A DNA stretch of 64,000 nucleotides from Bythopirellula sp. GTDB taxonomy: Bacteria; Planctomycetota; Planctomycetia; Pirellulales; Lacipirellulaceae. Numbering within the stretch: position 1 is the stretch's first letter; every line of letters begins with the position of its first letter. The translations under genes were made by a program, and so were the position numbers. The DNA lies in NCBI GenBank assembly GCA_965216565.1, contig OZ244170.1, positions 480,001 through 544,000 of the forward strand, read 5' to 3'. The notes beneath the pieces are model-generated. The model was not told where the DNA came from, made no database searches, and saw only the letters and a list, made by a program, of their open reading frames with translations. This document shows positions 9,567-19,998 of this stretch, piece by piece.

Positions 9567-11969
9567 CTAACCATTGCTGTGATCCGCATGTTCGTCAGCA
9601 TTCTTATCGTCTTTCGTAGAGAGCGGTTCAACCTTATCCGCGCACTTCAACATTGCGGCGCCGTAATAAGGATTGCGAACAGCTCTTTCACTCTGAATCC
9701 AACTAGCACCGCGACCATCGAATGCCATCGGACAATGCAATTCAAACAACTGGTTACCTGTCGAAAAACCAAAAATACGATGCAAGGCCAGCAACTCTTC
9801 AGACAGTAGAGCGAATGCGGATCGCATCTCCGACAGGTCGCTTGCTTGTGACATGCGTGCAGCTATCGTTGACAGGCTTTTTTGTTCGACAGTCCATCGT
9901 TCAGCTGCGTTTCCACTGAGCGATTGCGGATTGATAGTGCCGATGAATTGATGCAGTTTTGCGATTCCTTGTGTTGTGGCCCCTATGTCGTCTGTCGCCA
10001 AGGCTTCCCCGATTGTCAGATAGACGGGAATGATTGGACTTAACTGATTGCGGAACTCTATCGGAACGTCGAGAGATTGGTTTGCAGTCTGATGCGATGC
10101 GTGAGACAATCCAAACATTTCTTGCAGTCGCTGAGCATGACGCTTTGTGACAAGAAAGATTCGATCTGCGTTCTGTAATGACGAGATTTCACTGCCTTCC
10201 ACGGAGTCATTATTGAGTAGCATCATAAACTCCTGCAGTTGGGCCTGCATGTCGCCTGACAACAAACCTACATTGATCGAAGCGACTTGCTGGCCAAGTT
10301 GGATATAGGCATCGCGAATTGTGTTTAGCTCAGCTGACTCAGTCGCCTCGCCGATTGCATTCACAGACTTAATCGTCTGGTGCAATTGCATTTCTAACTG
10401 AGGAGGAAGTGACATTCCTGATGCCCCAGTCATCTGCATCGGCTTACCATCTTCGGCCGCCTTGGAACCGCCACCGTGATCGTGACCTCCCGCGCCACCA
10501 CCACCTTCAGGAGTCATCATTGAGGGCTTAGCAGAAATTTGTAGAGCACTATCAAGTTTGAAGTTCCCGTTGGTGACAACCAAGTCGCCTTCTTGAAGTC
10601 CGGCCTTGACTAGATAGTAGTCTCCTGCACGTGGGCCAAGCACGATTTCGCGTCCCTCGTAAGTCGGTTCTTCCGCATTTGGGACTTGGACATAAACAAC
10701 TGCACGCGTTCCTGTTAGCAAAGCGGCGGAGACGGGTATTACTAATGGTTTGGCAGTCTCACTCGGTTCTGCCGTGACATATCCCAGCGTTTCTGCTCGC
10801 ACCAGGGGCATTCCGCAAACATCGCAGTTCCCCGGTTCATCTTTGATGATTTCCGGGTGCATTGGGCTAATCCATTTTCCTGCAAGTGAATCATCGAGGA
10901 CACGTCCGCCAGCGGCAATCTTTGAACGAACCACGGCGCTAGCAAACATTTCCGGCTTTAATCGACCATCATCATTCGTGACGTTGACACGAACCTTCAC
11001 TGTCCGCGTCATTTCGTTTAGAACTGGATCAATAAAGGAGACTTTGCCCTTAAAAGCCTCACCGGGGTAGGCTTCCGTTGAGAACTCGACTTCTTGCCCA
11101 TAGCGGAGCCACGCTAGGTCCGATTCGTAGGCATCCATTTTCATCCATAAATGGGTCAGGTCAGCTACGGTATATATTCGTTCGCCTATGCGAACTCGAT
11201 CGCCTTCCTGTTTGAGTTTCTCAATCACGATGCCACCCGTTGGCGAGTAGATCGTGATGTGGTCGGTCGGCTTGTCTCGCTGTTCGATCTCTTGAATCTG
11301 CTTCCCAGTAATGCCGAGAAGGCGTAGCTTTTCACGGGCCGATTCGACGAGATCAAGTTGAGTCGAAAATCGAGTTGTGTTTTGGCGCTCGGATCGATAC
11401 TTAATCGCTTGGATCAGTTCTTCTTGAGCTGAGTACAGTTGCTCACTGTAAATGGACACCATGTGATCGCCCTTTTTGACTTCTACGCCTGTGAAATCGA
11501 CGAACAGGCGATCTAATCGCCCCGATACCCATGCGGTGATATAAGCCAAACGAGTTTCGTCGTATTCAATCTTGCCTACCATCCGTACGTCAGCCGTTAC
11601 ATACCGATGTGCTACTGGGACTGTCTGAATATTCATCAGCTTCTTGACACCGGGGCTGATCGAAATAGTACGAATTCCACTTGCAGATTTCTTGACGGGC
11701 ACCAAGTCCATGCCACAAATCGGACAACTTCCGGGTCCATCACGTCGGATCTGTGGGTGCATAGAGCACGTCCATATGGCCGGCTTCACCTGGTCGTGTC
11801 CAGCGTGTGACGATTCGACACTAGCTGACAGGCTTGTTGGTGAGTTGTCGCCCCGTCGCAACATCAAGCCCAGCAATATGCCAACTAGAAGAACTAATAT
11901 CACTGCGGAAAAAGGACGATTCGCGATGTGCGATCGTGGATCTAACAAGGTGTTATCGAACTTCATCAT
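9567..11969 (-). CDS. cusB: CusB-type RND periplasmic adaptor with heavy-metal-binding domains and a DUF3347-like C-terminus
   Basis: WTCSMHPQI...CPICGMDL, WISPMHPEI...CDVCGMPL; C-terminal HCPMAFDGRGASW...NPYYGAAMLKC. Confidence 0.88.
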   Translation of the reverse strand: MMKFDNTLLDPRSHIANRPFSAVILVLLVGILLGLMLRRGDNSPTSLSASVESSHAGHDQVKPAIWTCSMHPQIRRDGPGSCPICGMDLVPVKKSASGIRTISISPGVKKLMNIQTVPVAHRYVTADVRMVGKIEYDETRLAYITAWVSGRLDRLFVDFTGVEVKKGDHMVSIYSEQLYSAQEELIQAIKYRSERQNTTRFSTQLDLVESAREKLRLLGITGKQIQEIEQRDKPTDHITIYSPTGGIVIEKLKQEGDRVRIGERIYTVADLTHLWMKMDAYESDLAWLRYGQEVEFSTEAYPGEAFKGKVSFIDPVLNEMTRTVKVRVNVTNDDGRLKPEMFASAVVRSKIAAGGRVLDDSLAGKWISPMHPEIIKDEPGNCDVCGMPLVRAETLGYVTAEPSETAKPLVIPVSAALLTGTRAVVYVQVPNAEEPTYEGREIVLGPRAGDYYLVKAGLQEGDLVVTNGNFKLDSALQISAKPSMMTPEGGGGAGGHDHGGGSKAAEDGKPMQMTGASGMSLPPQLEMQLHQTIKSVNAIGEATESAELNTIRDAYIQLGQQVASINVGLLSGDMQAQLQEFMMLLNNDSVEGSEISSLQNADRIFLVTKRHAQRLQEMFGLSHASHQTANQSLDVPIEFRNQLSPIIPVYLTIGEALATDDIGATTQGIAKLHQFIGTINPQSLSGNAAERWTVEQKSLSTIAARMSQASDLSEMRSAFALLSEELLALHRIFGFSTGNQLFELHCPMAFDGRGASWIQSERAVRNPYYGAAMLKCADKVEPLSTKDDKNADEHADHSNG

Positions 11970-12100
11970 CCTGTAAACTCCCTGAAGTTACTTCCGCTGG
12001 AAGAATGCTCTACTATTGCAAGGCGCGTCGTATCATCAATTATAGACCACTCATACGCACCACAAGCAAGAGAGTTCTCTATTCTAATCGCCAGCACTGA

Positions 12101-12397
12101 TCACATTCCATTAGGCCGCTTTTTCGGCTCACTGCTTAAACCAGTAGCACAAATTACATCCACTTCATTGACAAGTCGCTGAACATGCATGACATCTCTT
12201 AATACGGTTTGTAGCATCTGTTTTAGGTGGAACGTAGATACACATCCTCGAAGAGTGAGAGTGCCGTTAGAGTAGCGCCACGTGACCTTGTGAAAGTGGA
12301 ATGCATAGGAACAGCTATCGATACGCTCTTGGATGCGTATGTGGACCTCTTGACTCACGATACTTTCGTCCATCGCCATGGCCATAGTCTTTAACAC
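12101..12397 (-). CDS. BON-like domain protein
   Basis: GTLTLRGCVSTFHLKQMLQ...VQRLVNEVDV resembles a single BON domain; start uncertain. Confidence 0.6.
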   Translation of the reverse strand: MLKTMAMAMDESIVSQEVHIRIQERIDSCSYAFHFHKVTWRYSNGTLTLRGCVSTFHLKQMLQTVLRDVMHVQRLVNEVDVICATGLSSEPKKRPNGM

Positions 12398-12649
12398 TCA
12401 CCAATCGGTTTCATGATACCTCTTGCAGCCGAACGCCATACTCGTCCTGGCATTGAATAATCGAGCCACTTAGGCTGAAGTTGCGCTGTACAGTCGACAG
12501 AATGGATGCTCAGCGAACGAAACTTTCTCGTGAGAATAAATCTAGTCTGCTCAACAGTATTGGATGCGGCAGCTTGCTCGTTTCTTCACCCGCAGAAGAG
12601 AAGATTGTGGCGGGTTCTAAGAGTTTTGTACGATCTGTCGTGGAGTTAG

Positions 12650-13477
12650 TCATTGAACCAACGTGTTCGCGCTCAAATGGGCGACAAAATCGGTTACCTC
12701 GTCAAGATCCTTCGCTCCAATAACGGTAACGTATCGCTGGCCCTCTTTCCAAGAAGCGGCAAGCCTATCCCCTACTTGCACGACATTAGTAGGAATTTCG
12801 TGACATAGGCACTCCACACTGGGATTGTCGCCGAACCAGACAGGCTGATCGATGTCGTGTTCAAAGATAGCAATGGACTGGCCAGCTTCATTCTTGCACA
12901 CGACTTGAGCACAAGTGCAGCATGGCATGTTGAGCAAGTAGGCTTTATCCAAAGAACAACCGGGCGGCAAACCCTTAGCTGCCAGTGGCTCATATCCGAG
13001 GACATTGGTGGCTTCTTCGAGCGTGATGGGCTGCCCGTTGTATTTGGCCAAGAGAATTTGCTGAGCGTTGTCTGGGCTTTCGTCAAATTCTTCCAGATAG
13101 TGGGCAAAGTTCATAGCAAGATGATCGTGCTCTGAATGCGAATGGAGGAACGTGAAAACGCCTATTCCTACGACAACTAACATGCTTGCAGCAAGTGCGA
13201 ATCGTCTAGTAAGTACAAAAGCAGGAAAAATCTGCGGAATGACCGTCTTGGGTTCGTTCGAGGTGTCCAGCTTGGAGCGCAATTCATCCCACATCTCTGT
13301 TGGGACCGGCGGATCAGTCAATCGTCTCGACAAGCCAGATAGCTGTTCGAATGATGCAATTTCTTCCGCACAAGACGGACAATCAGCTAGATGGGCTGCA
13401 AATTGCGCAGCCTCGTTAGGCGGTAATTCACTGTCGTGAAACTCAGAAAGACGTTCTTGGATCTCAGAGCAATTCAC
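12650..13477 (-). CDS. Zinc-finger (zf-HC2/ZAS) anti-sigma factor with a Cys-rich extracytoplasmic domain
   Basis: NCSEIQERLSEFHD...HLADCPSC; one TM; follows the ECF sigma gene; probable GTG start at 13477. Confidence 0.85.
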   Translation of the reverse strand: MNCSEIQERLSEFHDSELPPNEAAQFAAHLADCPSCAEEIASFEQLSGLSRRLTDPPVPTEMWDELRSKLDTSNEPKTVIPQIFPAFVLTRRFALAASMLVVVGIGVFTFLHSHSEHDHLAMNFAHYLEEFDESPDNAQQILLAKYNGQPITLEEATNVLGYEPLAAKGLPPGCSLDKAYLLNMPCCTCAQVVCKNEAGQSIAIFEHDIDQPVWFGDNPSVECLCHEIPTNVVQVGDRLAASWKEGQRYVTVIGAKDLDEVTDFVAHLSANTLVQ

Positions 13478-13478
13478 A

Positions 13479-14087
13479 TTAAGGCTCCCAACCAAGTTCT
13501 ACAAGCTGTTGCTTCAATTCTCGACGAGCCCGATTCAATCGAGAGCCGACTGTTCCCTCAGGAATTTCTAGTGCGTGTGCAATTTCATTGTATGACAAAC
13601 CTTCTACCTCTCGGAGCAAGAACGCAGATCTTAGATCTGGGTCTAATTGGCCAAGCGCTTGTTCTAATAAATCCTTATCATCAAAACTTTCGTGGCTAGC
13701 TGGAGAACGATCCATCGGTTCCTGTTGAAGTAGCTGTACTCTTGACCGTTTCGATCTACGAAGGTGTTGTAGGGCTTCATTTACTGCAACTCGATATATC
13801 CAAGTGCCGAATTGAGATCTTCCCGAAAACTGGCTGATCTTTCTAAACGCCTGCAGGAATACTTGCTGGGTGACATCCGATGCGTCCTGAATGCCAACCA
13901 TGCGGACCATGAGGCGATACACATTCTGATGCGACACTTCGTATAGCCGACGTTGTGCAACCGGATCGCCCTCCTGGCAAGCCTTAACGACCTCTACGGC
14001 CTCCTCCATGTCAGCCCATGCCAAGGTCCCTTCACCACTATTAGATGCGGGGAGAGGCTTGCTTCTTCGTGTAGATGCAGATTTCAT
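13479..14087 (-). CDS. ECF RNA polymerase sigma factor
   Basis: DVTQQVFLQAF, FGTWIYRVAVN, LSYNEIAHALEIPEGTVGSRLNRAR; GGAGG upstream of ATG 14087. Confidence 0.93.
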   Translation of the reverse strand: MKSASTRRSKPLPASNSGEGTLAWADMEEAVEVVKACQEGDPVAQRRLYEVSHQNVYRLMVRMVGIQDASDVTQQVFLQAFRKISQFSGRSQFGTWIYRVAVNEALQHLRRSKRSRVQLLQQEPMDRSPASHESFDDKDLLEQALGQLDPDLRSAFLLREVEGLSYNEIAHALEIPEGTVGSRLNRARRELKQQLVELGWEP

Positions 14088-14800
14088 GCAGATTGCCTCC
14101 CGAAAAACGGGAAGTCGGAGGATCTTACGCGTGCACAACCGGTGGCGTATCAATTATTCACCCACCAGTCGGTTCCTCCAGTTTACCTTATGCAGCGATA
14201 GAGGGTAGCCGGATTCGGTATCTAGCGACCTAGTAGTCGCTCTTGTTTTCCTTATCTGGTATCACAGCGTTTCTTCTCATCTAGAACGTGGAAGTGGGCA
14301 ATTGTGACCGTTTTGACAGGGTCGTGAAGAAACCGTCCTAAGGTTGCATCTAAGAGTGCGTATTAGAGTGGATTTGTAGTCTGTGATGGGATTACCCATG
14401 AAACCGTCTGATTGAGAGTAGGCGTCACGTATTGGTCTATGACATCCAAAGACTTTTACTGTTGAAGACGTCTGATAGAGCGTGGTCATTCTTGCTGCAG
14501 TGATATCAGGCTCCACCTGGACAGGGCCACAGCCGAACACTTCGTCCTCATGCGCCTGCTAGAAATCGGGGCTGGAACGACTATTGGAGAGGCAACCACG
14601 GCTCACGAACACGATTGAGCCTTGACTACTAATCGAGAGTGTCGCTAGTCGACGCACTTGGTTGATTGCGTGTGCGTGCGGGCGACTGGAAAAGTAGTGC
14701 CCCCAACTACGTCGCCCGTACGCTATGCAAAGAAAGTTTCCTTAACTGCGTATAGCGAAGATCAAAATCTTACGTTTTTCAAACCAAACGAGGACCAAAT

Positions 14801-15208
14801 ATGACACACAAACTTCTTTTTCCTGGCATATTTGTCCTCCTACTGGCTCAGATTGGTTGCGGTGAACCATCAGCTACCGGGCCACCTCCACGAGAAGTTG
14901 CACCCAATGCAAATGAGGGACATGGTCGGCATGGGCATGATAGTCACGATGGACATGCTCACGGCGGCGAAGATGAACTATCAGACATGGAGAAAATGAA
15001 TATGGAGCTGGCAAAACTCTCTCCTGCAGATGCCGCTTCGGCTGAAAAACAGCATATTTGTCCGGTAACCGAAGAGATGTTGGGCACGATGGGTGCGCCT
15101 ATCAAGGTTGATGTCAATGGACAGGATGTATGGATCTGCTGTGAAGGATGTAGAGATGCTCTCTTGGAAAATCCCTCCAAATTCCTTGCCAAGCTGAAAA
15201 GAGAATAG
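14801..15208 (+). CDS. His-rich lipoprotein with a YHS/TRASH-like C-terminal domain
   Basis: Lipobox QIGC; HGRHGHDSHDGHAH; CPVTEEMLGTMGAPIKV...ICCEGC. Confidence 0.8.
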   Translation: MTHKLLFPGIFVLLLAQIGCGEPSATGPPPREVAPNANEGHGRHGHDSHDGHAHGGEDELSDMEKMNMELAKLSPADAASAEKQHICPVTEEMLGTMGAPIKVDVNGQDVWICCEGCRDALLENPSKFLAKLKRE

Positions 15209-15243
15209 TCCCAACAGCGATTTGAAGAACACTCATTGGAGGC

Positions 15244-15873
15244 ATGAACATGATGGCGTTAGATACTTCGAGTTCGCAGTCCATACCGAATGGTTTAGAT
15301 ACATCCATTCAACAGGCTTCGCGTGAAGATATCCCCTACTTGGCAGGCATTTTGGCGCGAGCACTTGACGACGACCCAGTATCACGTTGGATGTTTCCAG
15401 ATGATGAGCGAAGACCAAGGAGTCAAGAAATAGACTTTGGCCGGCTATTAAAAAGTCATTTAAGGACTCGCAATGTTTGGACTATCGACCGCAAATGCGT
15501 CGCGATTTGGACTCCCCCAAATCCTCCTCAGCAAACGCGATTTCAGCGGTATCGAGAATCGCTTTATATGAGATGGATGCATGGGCGTCGCGTTCACAAA
15601 GTCAGGGATTGTCTCCAGCGTATGGCGGAACGACATCCAAGTACGCCTTACTGGTATCTATTAGCCCTCGCAACCGACGTACATTTGCAAGGTCAAGGGT
15701 TGGCAAGCCGCCTACTTAACGAAAAGTTGGCTCAGTGTGATAAGAATGGGGAGCAGATTGCGCTTGAAACGTCGAAAGAATCGAATTTGTCGTTTTACGA
15801 GAAGTTCGGCTTTGTCGTAGTAGACACGCTCATGGTTGATGAAGGTGTAACTTCCTGGTTAATGTGCAGATAA
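15244..15873 (+). CDS. GNAT family N-acetyltransferase
   Basis: WYLLALATDVHLQGQGLASRLL, LETSKESNLSFYEKFGF. Confidence 0.88.
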   Translation: MNMMALDTSSSQSIPNGLDTSIQQASREDIPYLAGILARALDDDPVSRWMFPDDERRPRSQEIDFGRLLKSHLRTRNVWTIDRKCVAIWTPPNPPQQTRFQRYRESLYMRWMHGRRVHKVRDCLQRMAERHPSTPYWYLLALATDVHLQGQGLASRLLNEKLAQCDKNGEQIALETSKESNLSFYEKFGFVVVDTLMVDEGVTSWLMCR

Positions 15874-15907
15874 GCAGTCCAAAAAGTAGGATAAAGAGTG
15901 GATTTCA

Positions 15908-16573
15908 ATGTGTGGTCTAATTGAATTTACGAGTCGAATAAAAGAAAAAATGGAGAGCGCCAATCGCGAGCCACACTGGGGACCGGGCGAAGCCCAACGC
16001 TACATGAACGAGGTAGCTGTGCGTCGCGATCGTTTTGAGAAAATTGCTTTCCAATACAACGAGAACTTGATTCAGTCTCGTATTGAAACACTCGCCAATT
16101 ACTTTATCAATGCTAACGTTACAAAGACCGAGCCGCCTGGGCATAGTGAGTGCTGGTTCGGATATTGCGAACGATTTCCGTCAAACACGAGACTCGCCTT
16201 TTCTATTGAGCACGACGTACGTTTCGAGAATGTGGCCATCTGCTACGACGTATCCATGACGCCCTTGTTCATTCGCTTCAACGAGCATGACAGGCTGACA
16301 GTGGCACTTACTGAAGTCAACGAAGATCTAGTTTGTAAATGGGTCGAAGAGCGAATTATGGAGTTTCTCGACGCCTACCTACGCATTGACCGTGGCGCCG
16401 AAGATTTCGAGGATGAGCCAGTCATCGATCCCGTCTGTGGAATGCGCATTAGTAGGTCTTCCGCCGCAAATACTGATTCATACTGTGGGCATCCCTACTT
16501 CTTTTGCTCTGAGCAATGTCGCAAAAAGTTCGAGGAGGATCCTACACATTACGCAACAATTAGAACGTTGTAG
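15908..16573 (+). CDS. YHS domain protein
   Basis: DPVCGMRI...YFFCSEQCRKKF; paralog of 4420..5091. Confidence 0.85.
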   Translation: MCGLIEFTSRIKEKMESANREPHWGPGEAQRYMNEVAVRRDRFEKIAFQYNENLIQSRIETLANYFINANVTKTEPPGHSECWFGYCERFPSNTRLAFSIEHDVRFENVAICYDVSMTPLFIRFNEHDRLTVALTEVNEDLVCKWVEERIMEFLDAYLRIDRGAEDFEDEPVIDPVCGMRISRSSAANTDSYCGHPYFFCSEQCRKKFEEDPTHYATIRTL

Positions 16574-16710
16574 AGAGAGATGAAGCGATAACTGGGTTGA
16601 GAAACGGTTGCGGCTACGTTTGAGCAGGCGGCTAACTCCAGAAGGAAGCCGCCCTGTGAATAAAGTAGAAAGTGATTGTTCTGGTTACGCCTAAAATGGA
16701 GGAGGCTTGC

Positions 16711-17295
16711 ATGAGTCATAAGATCCAAACAGCCATTCTATCGGCTTTCGTGATGATCTTGTTCGTGCTACTTGTCTTTTCTAAGGTAGCTGGCCAAAGC
16801 CCAGACTCAGGAAACGACAATTCCGAGGGTATTCGGATACGTTATGCACGGGCATCTTGGCAACTAGCTCAACTGGAATTGGAAATCGTTCTAAACGCAA
16901 ACAAGGAGATACCGAACTTACATACGCCTCGGACTATTCGGCGTTTGCGAAACAATATTGACTATGCAAAGGAGATGTTGCGATACGAGACGGAGCGTGG
17001 AGAAAATGGCCTCCATAAACTGCATTTGCGTGAGCTAGAAGTCGAACTGGAAGTAGCGAGGTTAGAATTGAACGCCGCTCGAAAACTCAATGAGCAATTA
17101 CCTGGTGCAGTTGGTGATCTAGAATTTGGGAAGTTACGTGTTGCTACAGACGTAGCTCGATTGGCGCTGGATAAGGCTCGCGAGCCAGCCGTGGTGCAAT
17201 CTCGTGAGGATCATTTGCAGTGGCAGATAGATCGGATGCGCACTGAATTGACTCGCCTTTACATACTTATGGACAAAGCCCTGTCTCGTAACTGA
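16711..17295 (+). CDS. Hypothetical exported helical protein
   Basis: GGAGG RBS before ATG 16711; N-terminal hydrophobic segment; coiled-coil-like composition. Confidence 0.65.
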   Translation: MSHKIQTAILSAFVMILFVLLVFSKVAGQSPDSGNDNSEGIRIRYARASWQLAQLELEIVLNANKEIPNLHTPRTIRRLRNNIDYAKEMLRYETERGENGLHKLHLRELEVELEVARLELNAARKLNEQLPGAVGDLEFGKLRVATDVARLALDKAREPAVVQSREDHLQWQIDRMRTELTRLYILMDKALSRN

Positions 17296-17324
17296 CCACT
17301 GATAATTATCGGAGAATAACAGTC

Positions 17325-18194
17325 ATGACTATTACGCATAAAAGAGGCTCTGGCCACTCGTTAGCTAACTTGGCATGTAGCTTCCTCCTAGTCAGTGGAC
17401 TCACCACAACCGTTAGTGCTCAGCAATCAGTGACGGAACACCAGTCGCATACTGCAAATCCGTCGACGTCGTCCAAGGTAGAGACTCCACTGGCCGAGCA
17501 ACTACAACAGCTTCACAACAAAGTCGCTCAGTTGGAGGCAGTCCTACAGCAGAACCATCAAGCAGCAGCAACGACTGGCCAAACCAAGATGAAGATGGGG
17601 GGCATGCAAGGTGGTTCGACGTCCGGAATGGGCATGATGTCGAGCATGGGCTCACAGCAACCAGACAAGACCAGTGGCAGCATGAGTATGGGGGGCATGA
17701 AGAACATGCCGATGATGGGGGGTATGTCCGGCATGGATATGATGGGCGGCAAAGGCATGATGATGATGGGGAAGATGCAGGGCATGGGCCAACAGGCCAT
17801 GCCTTCAGCCCTGCCTGGCTTCCCAGGGGCTTCGCATATCTACCACATTGGCTCGACAAACTTCTTCCTCGATCATCCACAGCACATCACGCTCACACAA
17901 GAACAGCAATTAAGGCTCAACCAAATCAAGCAAAAAGCGATCTTGGGTCAGACCACGTTCGAGCGATGGGATAGTGCGGCGGAGCAGGAACTTTGGCTGC
18001 TCACCAGTGCCGATTCTCCCGACGTGTCAAAGATAGAGGAAAAGGTTCGTGAGACCGAGAAATTGCGAGCAGACAAACGTATCGCTTTCATCCGCGCCGT
18101 AGGAGAGGCAGCCAGTGTGCTAACCGAAGAACAACGACAGACGTTAGTCGGAACATTACCGCTGGACCACACCTCGCAGGGCCAAAGTCATTAA
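17325..18194 (+). CDS. Periplasmic Met-rich protein with a Spy/CpxP (LTXXQ)-like C-terminal domain
   Basis: Signal peptide; MGGMKNMPMMGGMSGMDMMGG tract; ITLTQEQQ and VLTEEQRQ motifs. Confidence 0.8.
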   Translation: MTITHKRGSGHSLANLACSFLLVSGLTTTVSAQQSVTEHQSHTANPSTSSKVETPLAEQLQQLHNKVAQLEAVLQQNHQAAATTGQTKMKMGGMQGGSTSGMGMMSSMGSQQPDKTSGSMSMGGMKNMPMMGGMSGMDMMGGKGMMMMGKMQGMGQQAMPSALPGFPGASHIYHIGSTNFFLDHPQHITLTQEQQLRLNQIKQKAILGQTTFERWDSAAEQELWLLTSADSPDVSKIEEKVRETEKLRADKRIAFIRAVGEAASVLTEEQRQTLVGTLPLDHTSQGQSH

Positions 18195-18672
18195 GAGCTT
18201 CATCTGAATCGCAAATCACGAAAATGAGTCCTATACGAATTAAATAGTCCCCTAAGTAGTACTCGACGGCTAGAGTCCGCTTAGCAGTCACATAAAGAGA
18301 CAAGCGCGTGTCACAAAACTATGCCTGGGAGATTGTTTCCTCTGGGAGTGGTAAGGTAGAACAGCGATCATCACTGGTAAAACTCTCTTCGCTTGGGTAG
18401 TCCAACTAGTTTGCTTGCTAGTAGTGAGTGGAGTACCCATTGCCTTCGCACAGTACAAGAGTGGGGATTAGTATCCCTATCAACGCCAGCCTGCGATGAT
18501 CGCAGGCTGTCTATCGGCGCAACAAAGGGATGCAAATTTCTTCTTGCAAAACTCTCAATCGTCGCCAATTCGTTTCTCCATACCGTGCGAAGCATGAGGT
18601 GGACCCCCAAAACTGGACAACCCTATAAGGTGTAGAATACTCCCTTTGGGAGTCCACCAGGAGGTCCGGTTT

Positions 18673-18960
18673 ATGGCACGGAAGCGAAGAGTGTTTAGTG
18701 GTGTTTTCAAGGCGAAGGTGGCCTTGGCAGCGGCCCGTGGCGACAAGACGACAGCAGAGCTGGCTGCGAAGTTTGCGGTTCATGCTAGCCAGGTGACGGC
18801 CTGGAAGAAGCAACTGCTCTCGGGAGCAGCAGAGCTGTTTTCTGACGGTCGTAACCGTCAGGAAGAAAACTCTGCGGCCGAGCAAGAACTTTACGAACAG
18901 ATTGGCCGCTTGAAGATGGAAGTCGAGTGGTTGAAAAAAAAATCTACCCAGCTCAGCTAA
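18673..18960 (+). CDS. IS3 transposase OrfA (HTH)
   Basis: MARKRRVFSGVFKAKVAL...ELYEQIGRLKMEVEWLKKK; GGAGG RBS. Confidence 0.9.
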   Translation: MARKRRVFSGVFKAKVALAAARGDKTTAELAAKFAVHASQVTAWKKQLLSGAAELFSDGRNRQEENSAAEQELYEQIGRLKMEVEWLKKKSTQLS

Positions 18961-18991
18961 GGAACTCAGACGATGGATCGATCCAGCCCAT

Positions 18992-19768
18992 GTGCAACTG
19001 AGCGTAGCTCGCCAATGCGAGTTGCTCGGTCTACCTCGCTCGACGTGGTACTACGAACCTCTGGGCGAAACGACCGAAAACCTGAAACTGATGCGCGCCA
19101 TCGACGAGCAGTATCTCAAGACACCGTTTTACGGCAGCCGAAAGATGTCAGAAGTGTTTGGCGTCAATCGCAAGCGAATTCAGCGTCTGATGAGACTGAT
19201 GGGAATCGAAGCGATTTATCCAAAGCATCGCACCACTTGTCCAGGTGCTGGACACAAGATTTACCCGTATTTACTGCGAAATGTGGCAATTATTCGTCCC
19301 AATCAGGTTTGGAGTACCGATATCACCTACCTGCCGATGCAACAAGGTTTTTTGTATCTGGTCGCGGTGATGGATTGGTACAGCCGGTTCGTGCTGAGCT
19401 GGCGGCTTTCCAACACGCTCACAATCGATTTTTGTTTAGAGGCGCTCGACGAGGCGTTGTCTACCAAGCAACCCGAGATATTTAACAGCGACCAAGGCAG
19501 TCAATTCACCGCGACAGAGTTTACCAATCGACTCTCTACACGCGGTGTATCGATTAGCATGGACGGACGTGGCAGGGCACTAGACAACGTGTTTGTCGAA
19601 CGTCTGTGGCGTACGGTGAAGTACGAGGAGGTATATCTGAAAGACTATGGTGATGGCTGGGAAGCGAAAGCAAGCCTCACGGCCTACTTCGAATTCTATT
19701 GCCACGAACGCATTCACCAGGCGCTGGGATATCGCACGCCTGCAGATGTTTATGGCAAGCGAAACTGA
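18992..19768 (+). CDS. IS3 transposase OrfB (rve integrase core, DDE)
   Basis: WSTDITY, FNSDQGSQF, DNVFVERLWRTVKYE; the frame is open back to the A9 run at 18934-18942. Confidence 0.92.
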   Translation: MQLSVARQCELLGLPRSTWYYEPLGETTENLKLMRAIDEQYLKTPFYGSRKMSEVFGVNRKRIQRLMRLMGIEAIYPKHRTTCPGAGHKIYPYLLRNVAIIRPNQVWSTDITYLPMQQGFLYLVAVMDWYSRFVLSWRLSNTLTIDFCLEALDEALSTKQPEIFNSDQGSQFTATEFTNRLSTRGVSISMDGRGRALDNVFVERLWRTVKYEEVYLKDYGDGWEAKASLTAYFEFYCHERIHQALGYRTPADVYGKRN

Positions 19769-19998
19769 AGCCACAGCCACCGAAATGACGACCCATCTAA
19801 TACGAAAAATTTTGCGAGAAGGCGGACATCAAACGGTACACAAGCAACCAATTGACGAAAGCCGGCCGCGCCAGCCCTGTGAGGGGGCTGGCGGGCCTAC
19901 CGAAAGCAACTCTTATACAACCCTGTTTACTGTCCAACTAATGGGGTCCACCTCCGCACTCGACTTGACCCGTGCCATCATGACCTCGCTATATCAAG

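Larger units (their letters stand above)
18595..19955 (+). mobile_element. IS3-family insertion sequence (1361 bp)
   Basis: Terminal IRs TGAGGTGGACCCCCAAAACTGGACA and revcomp GGAGGTGGACCCCATTAGTTGGACA; 3-bp flanking direct repeat GCA (18592-18594, 19956-19958); orfA plus orfB. Confidence 0.92.

Noticed and set aside
14277..14800. Possible small ORFs or ncRNA between the sigma gene and the lipoprotein gene
   Set aside because: No convincing RBS, motif or recognisable RNA family; only a weak hairpin near 14680-14720
17590..17790. ATG/GGC-rich quasi-repeats
   Set aside because: Explained by the Met/Gly-rich coding tract; not a DNA repeat array
18973..19485. 170-aa ORF inside IS3, in the orfA frame
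   Set aside because: Overlaps orfB in another frame and has no transposase motifs
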